Assembly (NCBI GenBank): GCA_001643675.2
Contig: LSRY02000029.1
Span: 62,001 to 126,000, forward strand
Direction: 5' to 3'
DNA: 64,000 bases
From: Monocercomonoides exilis PA203
Lineage: Eukaryota > Protista > Preaxostyla
The number at the start of each line of letters is the position of its first letter. Within the stretch, counting starts at the first letter, position 1. A program made the translations under genes and the position numbers. Below the pieces are notes generated by a model that saw only the letters and a list, made by a program, of their open reading frames with translations, had not been told where the DNA came from and did no database searches. Positions 20,601 to 29,109 of the stretch are shown here, in pieces.

Positions 20601-21368
20601 AGGCAGATGAACAACGGCATCGTCAGCACCGAGGGATGCTGCGCCAGCCGAAGAGCACTCATTGCATTTGACTCGATCCTTTCAACCACTGACAACGACT
20701 GCTCCGCCGGCAGCGGCTGCGAAAACAGCTGCGACAACGAGTGCACCACCGTCACAAACAATCTTATCGACAAAAGCCCGTCCACAGTCGCTGATGCAGA
20801 GGCTGTGCAGAACGATTCATTGAATGGAACCAGCAAATCCGAAAGGCATTGCTCAATCACGCTGGAATGGATCCTGTCCTTCGTGCTCCCTCCAAAAGAA
20901 GCACCCGGAAGCTCTCTGCGTGAAGCATCTTCTTTGCACTGACTTTTCGGCAGCAGTGAGGACATGTTCAGAAAAAGACTTTGGATTTTCTCTCTTGCAG
21001 CAATGTGGAACGTCACAGAATCATTCTTGTGGCCTGGTCAATGAAATATTAATAAAAATACAAAAAGGAATGCGGTGGCACGGAAAAAAACTCGAGGCAG
21101 ACCTCTTTCAATCGCCCTCAGCGAATGCAACTCCAGCTTTCAAATATTTTCAAATATGAAGCAGCAACAACACCAGAAGCACAAACCTCAATTACTTCCA
21201 AAACTCCTTTTGAAGGAAAATCGCTTGAGTCATCGGATTCAAGTCTGGACCCCGCTTTCGTCGTGTTTTCTTCGCATCTTTGAAACCTGTTCCAGTTGCT
21301 CTTTCAAAAAATCACAAATCATAATGAAGCAATCACAAAAACTGGCTCGTTTAACACACATTCAGCAT
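9008..21368 (-). CDS. Giant (~4060 aa) mostly low-complexity protein (poly-Ser, poly-Glu, RE/KE tracts) with a more ordered N-terminal helical, possibly TPR-like, region; predicted exons 21368-21360, 21300-21187, 21136-21103, 21033-9008
   Basis: A 12-kb uninterrupted ORF ends in TGA at 9008. Three short upstream exons (MLN / SNWNRF..EVIE / LELHSLRAIER) join in frame through GTGTG, GTTTG and GTCTG donors. The start codon choice is tentative. Confidence 0.72.
18363..18467. repeat. 18-bp tandem repeat (ggaaatgaagaagaagag) x5 plus a partial copy, encoding FPSSSS repeats on the minus strand
   Basis: Five exact copies visible; the ORF translation shows SSSFPSSSSFPSSSSFP... Confidence 0.9.
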
Positions 21369-21750
21369 TCAGCGTGACTCATTCGATTGACCGAAAATCT
21401 GCAAATATTTTGAATAAAACCAGAAAATTTGAATAAATATTTCATCTTGATCACAAACGCCAAACAACTGCTCCCAGCCATTCGCTTCGACAAACACCAA
21501 ATATTGAATGCATTTTCAGTTATTAACTTTTCCACCTCAATTTTGTTTCTCATCATCAGTTTTTCTGTTTTTTGTTTTTTCATCTCAAATTTAAAAAAAA
21601 AACATATTTTTTCTTTGAAATAACTCGTATTTTCAAACTCGAAAAAATAATAATAACAACTGAAAATCAAACAAAAATGTCAAAATACAAACACATGAGA
21701 GACCGTTTTCAACAACAAAAAAAATTATTTAATTCACAATTTCACAATTC

Positions 21751-23097
21751 TTACTCGTCAAGAGGAACGAATTGCTCTTTTGTTGGTTGTGGCTTTGGTG
21801 GCTGTGGCTTTGGTGGTTGTGGCTTTGGCCTTGGAGGAATTGGGTGTGGTCTGGGATGAGGCCTTGGATGTGGTCTTGGGTGTGGCTTTGGTGGCTGAGG
21901 ATGTGGTTTTCTGTGTGGCTTTGGTGGGACTGGATGAGGCCTGGGGTGTGGTCTTGGGTGTGGTCTAGGATGAGGTCTTGGATGGGGTCTTCTGTGGGGT
22001 TTTGGCTGGGGTTTTGGATGTGGTCTTGGGTGAGGTCTGCGATGTGGCTTTGGATGTTGCTTGCGGTGTGGCTTTCTCTTTGGTTGTTGCTTGTGATGTG
22101 GTCTTCTCTTGTGTTGTTTCTGCTTCTTCTTTCCAAATTCATCAATTTCATCTTCTTCGTCTTCGTCTTCGTCTTCCATTTCATCCTCATCATATTCTTC
22201 TTCATCCTCGTCCTCATCCAATTCGAATTCATCCAATTCGAATTCGTCTGATTCCATCTCTTCCCATGGTTCATCTGGAATATCTGGAGTATCGGGTGTG
22301 TCAGGAACATCGGGAACATCGGGCTCTTCTGGATCCTCCTTTTTGTGATGGTGATGATGGTGGTGTGGGAAATGAGGATGATGACGATGCTTTCCATCTA
22401 ATTCAGATTCCTCATCTTCAATTTCTTCCTCTTCAACTTCATCGATCTCAGCCCATGGTCCTGGTCCAATTGGCTCGTAGATTTCGTCCATTTCGTATTC
22501 GTCTTGCATCTCCATCTTCTTCGGCTGCGGCTTGTGGTGCTTGCCAGTGGACAGTCTCGCGCACATCATCATCTTCTTCTCGCCCTCGAAGCACTGGATG
22601 TGCACTACTTTCCTTCCAAAGTGCACTCTCGGGATCTTGATGGTCTTGTTGAACTCGATTTCGCGCGGCTCAATAGGGCACTTCGCCACTTTGCAGATGT
22701 CCACCTTTCTGCGCAGAGACGGGAAGTGGATCTTCTTGTGTGCAAGCTCCACCTCTTCCTCCTCTTCCTCTTCGAATTCTTCGTAGTCCTCGTTGGATCT
22801 TGGATGTGGTCTTGGGTGTGGATGTGGATGTGGGTGTGGCTTTTGGTGGTGGTGGCGCTTCAGCCCACGCACGCTGACCGTGCAGTATCCTTCTGTGATT
22901 TCTTCGCTGACATTCAGCTTCGCGTACAGGTCCAGTTCGTGAACGCGTGGCTTCAATTCCTCCGACATTTCAACAGTCTCTGTTTTGTGTGGCTTAATTT
23001 CGATTTTCTCAATCGTAATCTTGCCTGTTCCATTCATGCAATCGTGCACTTCGATGCTTTGTGCTGCAATAACAAGAGCAAAAATCAAAGACAACAT
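21751..23097 (-). CDS. Secreted ML-domain (MD-2/NPC2-related lipid-recognition) protein with His/Pro and acidic insertions and a Pro/His/Arg-rich tail, 448 aa, copy 1
   Basis: Signal peptide MLSLIFALVIAAQS. ML pattern HDC..G.I.I..IEIKP...L.L.A.L...EEI.EG...V.V...DIC....CPI.P......T.KIP....G...V...C with 6 Cys. Intronless. Confidence 0.8.
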   Translation of the reverse strand: MLSLIFALVIAAQSIEVHDCMNGTGKITIEKIEIKPHKTETVEMSEELKPRVHELDLYAKLNVSEEITEGYCTVSVRGLKRHHHQKPHPHPHPHPRPHPRSNEDYEEFEEEEEEEVELAHKKIHFPSLRRKVDICKVAKCPIEPREIEFNKTIKIPRVHFGRKVVHIQCFEGEKKMMMCARLSTGKHHKPQPKKMEMQDEYEMDEIYEPIGPGPWAEIDEVEEEEIEDEESELDGKHRHHPHFPHHHHHHHKKEDPEEPDVPDVPDTPDTPDIPDEPWEEMESDEFELDEFELDEDEDEEEYDEDEMEDEDEDEEDEIDEFGKKKQKQHKRRPHHKQQPKRKPHRKQHPKPHRRPHPRPHPKPQPKPHRRPHPRPHPRPHPRPHPRPHPVPPKPHRKPHPQPPKPHPRPHPRPHPRPHPIPPRPKPQPPKPQPPKPQPTKEQFVPLDE

Positions 23098-23114
23098 GTT
23101 TTCTTTTCTTTTCA

Positions 23115-23147
23115 CTTTATAAAGATCTAACACATAACTTTAAAGTT
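23115..23147 (-). promoter_or_regulatory. TATA-like palindromic boxes upstream of ML gene copy 1
   Basis: CTTTATAAAG (contains TATAAA) ~20 bp upstream of the ATG, plus AACTTTAAAGTT; mirror of 25730-25762. Confidence 0.35.
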
Positions 23148-24160
23148 TTCCCGTTGCCCACAATAATAGTATTTTCCTTCATTTTCAAATATTCTAAAAC
23201 ATCATTATTGTATCTATTTTGATTCATCACAATTATATACATCATTTTAACTGTATTACAAAATTCTTTTTTGATTTAACCATAATAGTATTATATTACC
23301 GATATTTCATTCAATTTTCACAAAATAACTTTTCACTGTTCAAAAAGATAATGCATGTGATTATTGTTCAACAATAATTTTTTATTATAAATAGAAATGT
23401 GATGTTTGTTGAAAATAAAACTCAATTTTCATTTTCTTATTCTCATTAATTCAATTAAGAAGATAAAAATTGTGTTATTCTTTCAATTTTTTTTTTGAAA
23501 CAAAGAAATAATATGGGGGAAAATATGGACTTTCAAGCTTTTTTTGCACAAAGCATGAAAAAATCGTTTCACTTATAACATTATTAAGCTAAAACAGATT
23601 TCAAAATAAATTTGATTTTCATATCTATAAACAAACATCATTGATATAATCACAAAATGTTTTGTGACCTCACATGTATTTCAAAAATAAACCCATTTTT
23701 TCAAATTTTTTGATCACAAAAGGCTAATCAAAAGTGCATAATTTTTCAATGAAAAATGCCTGAAGTCAAATATTTTGTCCCATATAATGAATGAATTTGC
23801 CAATTTATTAATAATAAACTTATCATGTTTGTTGTTATTTCAGATTTCAATGTTCAAAACGAGAAATCATAGAGAATCCATACAAACTATGATGATGAAA
23901 AAAGTTTCATTGTTGAATTGACATTGGCTTTATTTTTATTATTTATTTTTTATTATTTTATTTTATTTGTTTTTTAATTTTTTTTTAATTTTTTGAATAA
24001 ATAGTTCCTCACCAAAGAAATAAAACCTTTAAAAAACAGCAACTTGAGAAACGTTATGAATTAAAAAAACTATCACCAGAATGTTAGAAATAATTTTAAT
24101 AATCATTGAAAAACATTGTAGATTTTTTTCAGACAAATTTGAAAGAGATTATTAAATAAA

Positions 24161-24401
24161 TGTCTCAATTTTTTTGTAAAGTTCCTTTTGTTTAATTTTC
24201 AAATAAAATGAAAATTTCATTTTTTAATCAAATTTCTGTTCCCACTCATCAAATTTTCCTTTCAAGAAAATAAAATCTTAACAAGGGTATAATTTTTATT
24301 TTTGTGAAGTTTCATGAGAGAGAACAGAAATTTGATAGCAAAATGAAATTTAACTTTATTTGAAAATTAAACAAAAGGGAATTTTCAAAAAATTTTAGAC
24401 A
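24161..24401. repeat. Nested, diverged ~89-bp inverted repeat (24161-24249 / 24314-24401) inside the spacer of the large duplication
   Basis: Exact reverse-complement blocks ccttttgtttaattttcaaataaa (24184-24207 / 24355-24378) and atcaaatttctgttc (24227-24241 / 24322-24336), with scattered mismatches elsewhere. Confidence 0.88.
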
Positions 24402-25729
24402 CGTCTTTGCTCTTTTTTCTGTTTTCATTTGAATTTGTCCAAATGGAATTCTCAGTATTATGTTGATAAGCATAAACAAAGAATTCCAGATAATAAAGTT
24501 AAAACAAAAGCATTCTATTTATCACATGATGCGAAATTGAACACTTCAAGTATTTTCTTTTAAAAACTTTGAACTAATAATAATTTTCTTTTCTTTGCAA
24601 CAAAAAAATAATGTTTGATATTTTCGGATTGCTTTATCATTTTCTTTCTATCTATCTATCTATCAAAGAGTTTTTGTTCATTGTGCAAAATTATTTTGGA
24701 AAAATTAAATATCAAATATAAAATAATCTCTTTCAAATTTGTCTGAAAAAAATCTACAATGTTTTTCAATGATTATTAAAATTATTTCTAACATTCTGGT
24801 GATAGTTTTTTTAATTCATAACGTTTCTCAAGTTGCTGTTTTTTAAAGGTTTTATTTCTTTGGTGAGGAACTATTTATTCAAAAAATTAAAAAAAAATTA
24901 AAAAACAAATAAAATAAAATAATAAAAAATAAATAATAAAAATAAAGCCAATGTCAATTCAACAATGAAACTTTTTTCATCATCATAGTTTGTATGGATT
25001 CTCTATGATTTCTCGTTTTGAACATTGAAATCTGAAATAACAACAAACATGATAAGTTTATTATTAATAAATTGGCAAATTCATTCATTATATGGGACAA
25101 AATATTTGACTTCAGGCATTTTTCATTGAAAAATTATGCACTTTTGATTAGCCTTTTGTGATCAAAAAATTTGAAAAAAATGGGTTTATTTTTTGAAATA
25201 CATGTGAGGTCACAAAACATTTTGTGATTATATCAATGATGTTTGTTTATAGATATGAAAATCAAATTTATTTTGAAATCTGTTTTAGCTTAATAATGTT
25301 ATAAGTGAAACGATTTTTTCATGCTTTGTGCAAAAAAAGCTTGAAAGTCCATATTTTCCCCCATATTATTTCTTTGTTTCAAAAAAAAAATTGAAAGAAT
25401 AACACAATTTTTATCTTCTTAATTGAATTAATGAGAATAAGAAAATGAAAATTGAGTTTTATTTTCAACAAACATCACATTTCTATTTATAATAAAAAAT
25501 TATTGTTGAACAATAATCACATGCATTATCTTTTTGAACAGTGAAAAGTTATTTTGTGAAAATTGAATGAAATATCGGTAATATAATACTATTATGGTTA
25601 AATCAAAAAAGAATTTTGTAATACAGTTAAAATGATGTATATAATTGTGATGAATCAAAATAGATACAATAATGATGTTTTAGAATATTTGAAAATGAAG
25701 GAAAATACTATTATTGTGGGCAACGGGAA

Positions 25730-25762
25730 AACTTTAAAGTTATGTGTTAGATCTTTATAAAG
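25730..25762 (+). promoter_or_regulatory. TATA-like palindromic boxes upstream of ML gene copy 2
   Basis: AACTTTAAAGTT (25730-25741) and CTTTATAAAG (25753-25762) just upstream of the ATG at 25780. Confidence 0.35.
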
Positions 25763-25779
25763 TGAAAAGAAAAGAAAAC

Positions 25780-27126
25780 ATGTTGTCTTTGATTTTTGCT
25801 CTTGTTATTGCAGCACAAAGCATCGAAGTGCACGATTGCATGAATGGAACAGGCAAGATTACGATTGAGAAAATCGAAATTAAGCCACACAAAACAGAGA
25901 CTGTTGAAATGTCGGAGGAATTGAAGCCACGCGTTCACGAACTGGACCTGTACGCGAAGCTGAATGTCAGCGAAGAAATCACAGAAGGATACTGCACGGT
26001 CAGCGTGCGTGGGCTGAAGCGCCACCACCACCAAAAGCCACACCCACATCCACATCCACACCCAAGACCACATCCAAGATCCAACGAGGACTACGAAGAA
26101 TTCGAAGAGGAAGAGGAGGAAGAGGTGGAGCTTGCACACAAGAAGATCCACTTCCCGTCTCTGCGCAGAAAGGTGGACATCTGCAAAGTGGCGAAGTGCC
26201 CTATTGAGCCGCGCGAAATCGAGTTCAACAAGACCATCAAGATCCCGAGAGTGCACTTTGGAAGGAAAGTAGTGCACATCCAGTGCTTCGAGGGCGAGAA
26301 GAAGATGATGATGTGCGCGAGACTGTCCACTGGCAAGCACCACAAGCCGCAGCCGAAGAAGATGGAGATGCAAGACGAATACGAAATGGACGAAATCTAC
26401 GAGCCAATTGGACCAGGACCATGGGCTGAGATCGATGAAGTTGAAGAGGAAGAAATTGAAGATGAGGAATCTGAATTAGATGGAAAGCATCGTCATCATC
26501 CTCATTTCCCACACCACCATCATCACCATCACAAAAAGGAGGATCCAGAAGAGCCCGATGTTCCCGATGTTCCTGACACACCCGATACTCCAGATATTCC
26601 AGATGAACCATGGGAAGAGATGGAATCAGACGAATTCGAATTGGATGAATTCGAATTGGATGAGGACGAGGATGAAGAAGAATATGATGAGGATGAAATG
26701 GAAGACGAAGACGAAGACGAAGAAGATGAAATTGATGAATTTGGAAAGAAGAAGCAGAAACAACACAAGAGAAGACCACATCACAAGCAACAACCAAAGA
26801 GAAAGCCACACCGCAAGCAACATCCAAAGCCACATCGCAGACCTCACCCAAGACCACATCCAAAACCCCAGCCAAAACCCCACAGAAGACCCCATCCAAG
26901 ACCTCATCCTAGACCACACCCAAGACCACACCCCAGGCCTCATCCAGTCCCACCAAAGCCACACAGAAAACCACATCCTCAGCCACCAAAGCCACACCCA
27001 AGACCACATCCAAGGCCTCATCCCAGACCACACCCAATTCCTCCAAGGCCAAAGCCACAACCACCAAAGCCACAGCCACCAAAGCCACAACCAACAAAAG
27101 AGCAATTCGTTCCTCTTGACGAGTAA
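25780..27126 (+). CDS. Secreted ML-domain protein with acidic block and Pro/His/Arg-rich tail, 448 aa, copy 2 (translation identical to copy 1)
   Basis: Same motifs as copy 1. The first ATG at 25780 opens the signal peptide; stop is TAA at 27124-27126. Confidence 0.8.
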   Translation: MLSLIFALVIAAQSIEVHDCMNGTGKITIEKIEIKPHKTETVEMSEELKPRVHELDLYAKLNVSEEITEGYCTVSVRGLKRHHHQKPHPHPHPHPRPHPRSNEDYEEFEEEEEEEVELAHKKIHFPSLRRKVDICKVAKCPIEPREIEFNKTIKIPRVHFGRKVVHIQCFEGEKKMMMCARLSTGKHHKPQPKKMEMQDEYEMDEIYEPIGPGPWAEIDEVEEEEIEDEESELDGKHRHHPHFPHHHHHHHKKEDPEEPDVPDVPDTPDTPDIPDEPWEEMESDEFELDEFELDEDEDEEEYDEDEMEDEDEDEEDEIDEFGKKKQKQHKRRPHHKQQPKRKPHRKQHPKPHRRPHPRPHPKPQPKPHRRPHPRPHPRPHPRPHPRPHPVPPKPHRKPHPQPPKPHPRPHPRPHPRPHPIPPRPKPQPPKPQPPKPQPTKEQFVPLDE

Positions 27127-27508
27127 GAATTGTGAAATTGTGAATTAAATAATTTTTTTTGTTGTTGAAAACGGTCTCTCATGTGTTTGTATTTTGACAT
27201 TTTTGTTTGATTTTCAGTTGTTATTATTATTTTTTCGAGTTTGAAAATACGAGTTATTTCAAAGAAAAAATATGTTTTTTTTTTAAATTTGAGATGAAAA
27301 AACAAAAAACAGAAAAACTGATGATGAGAAACAAAATTGAGGTGGAAAAGTTAATAACTGAAAATGCATTCAATATTTGGTGTTTGTCGAAGCGAATGGC
27401 TGGGAGCAGTTGTTTGGCGTTTGTGATCAAGATGAAATATTTATTCAAATTTTCTGGTTTTATTCAAAATATTTGCAGATTTTCGGTCAATCGAATGAGT
27501 CACGCTGA

Positions 27509-29108
27509 ATGCTGAATGTGTGTTAAACGAGCCAGTTTTTGTGATTGCTTCATTATGATTTGTGATTTTTTGAAAGAGCAACTGGAACAGGTTTCAAAGA
27601 TGCGAAGAAAACACGACGAAAGCGGGGTCCAGACTTGAATCCGATGACTCAAGCGATTTTCCTTCAAAAGGAGTTTTGGAAGTAATTGAGGTTTGTGCTT
27701 CTGGTGTTGTTGCTGCTTCATATTTGAAAATATTTGAAAGCTGGAGTTGCATTCGCTGAGGGCGATTGAAAGAGGTCTGCCTCGAGTTTTTTTCCGTGCC
27801 ACCGCATTCCTTTTTGTATTTTTATTAATATTTCATTGACCAGGCCACAAGAATGATTCTGTGACGTTCCACATTGCTGCAAGAGAGAAAATCCAAAGTC
27901 TTTTTCTGAACATGTCCTCACTGCTGCCGAAAAGTCAGTGCAAAGAAGATGCTTCACGCAGAGAGCTTCCGGGTGCTTCTTTTGGAGGGAGCACGAAGGA
28001 CAGGATCCATTCCAGCGTGATTGAGCAATGCCTTTCGGATTTGCTGGTTCCATTCAATGAATCGTTCTGCACAGCCTCTGCATCAGCGACTGTGGACGGG
28101 CTTTTGTCGATAAGATTGTTTGTGACGGTGGTGCACTCGTTGTCGCAGCTGTTTTCGCAGCCGCTGCCGGCGGAGCAGTCGTTGTCAGTGGTTGAAAGGA
28201 TCGAGTCAAATGCAATGAGTGCTCTTCGGCTGGCGCAGCATCCCTCGGTGCTGACGATGCCGTTGTTCATCTGCCTGTCGTTTGCGGAACGAGAGCAAGG
28301 GAGGCGCACTTCGGCGTGTCTGTGCCTTTTGAAGTGTGCCGAGTTCCTGGAGCATGCTGTGAATGGCAAGGAAGGTGGGGCAAGAGGCAGAGGACGAGAC
28401 GAAGCGGTGGGGAAGACAGGCAAGCGGTCGGGGGCACTGAGAAAAGGAGACATTTGCATTCCAGAGACAGAAGAGGCAGAAAAAGAAGAAGAAGAAGGAG
28501 AAGAAAAAGAAAAAGAAGAAGATGATGAGGATGATGACAACCGATGTCTGTGTTTTGCGAGCTGGACAAACAATCTCTTTCCACCGAGTGTTCCGTCTGA
28601 GCAACCCGAAAATCCGCTCAACACGCAAACAAACCCAAAAAAATGGGAATGTGGGAGAGGGGATTCCAATAGAGGGGGGGCAGTTTTTGGGGCAGTTTGC
28701 TGGGCGGAGGTGCTGCTGCACAATGTGTCAGTGCTGTTTGTGGAGGAAGGGGAGGTGGGGCTTGCGTGTGAGGCGGCGGGGAAAGCAGTGAGTGCGATTC
28801 AGAGGCACATCGGGTGGGTGGAGAAGAGGAGAGGAAGAAGAGACGATTGGGTGGAAGAGATGGCAAAAGAGAAGGAGAGAGGGAAAAATGGAAGGAGTAT
28901 GAGTGGAGATGGGAAAGATGTGGAAGAAGAAGGAGAAAGGGAAAAAGGAGGAGAACACAACGAAGCGAAGAAAGAAAAGAAAAGAAAAGATGAAAGAAGA
29001 GAATTGGAAGGAGATGATGATGGAGGACATAGAAACTGTGCAAATTCTTCTTCTCTCCCCTCTTTTTCTTCTTCTTCTAACACTTTTTTCAATTTTTTCT
29101 CACCTTGA
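27509..29108 (+). pseudogene. 3'-truncated duplicate of the giant gene (predicted exons 27509-27517, 27577-27690, 27741-27774, 27844-29108; ~473 aa, new C-terminus FSSSSNTFFNFFSP); pseudogene or new short gene
   Basis: Identical to the giant gene's N-terminus up to the breakpoint at 29064, then reads 14 codons into unrelated sequence and stops at TGA. Confidence 0.75.
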
Positions 29109-29109
29109 A

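Larger units (their letters stand above)
19813..24153. repeat. Left arm of a 4.34-kb inverted duplication
   Basis: ORF translations mirror those at 25744-29043 (coordinate sum 48877 in the outer part, 48875 in the inner part). Both boundaries were read by direct reverse-complement comparison. Confidence 0.96.
24722..29064. repeat. Right arm of the 4.34-kb inverted duplication
   Basis: Reverse complement of 19813-24153. The only differences I noticed are two homopolymer lengths near 25174-25194. Confidence 0.96.

Noticed and set aside
23650-23667. 8-bp-stem hairpin tcacaaaa-tg-ttttgtga in the ML upstream region (mirrored in the right arm)
   Set aside because: Short AT-rich stem with no supporting evidence of function.
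27554-27860. Several in-frame TGA codons upstream of the 27861 ORF, suggesting selenocysteine or readthrough
   Set aside because: Three ordinary GT-AG introns give a stop-free frame and explain the region more simply; no SECIS was identified.
19813-29064. Reading the large inverted repeat as TIRs of a giant transposon or foldback element
   Set aside because: The arms contain host genes and end mid-gene in a TCT tract, with no target-site duplication and no transposase or integrase inside.
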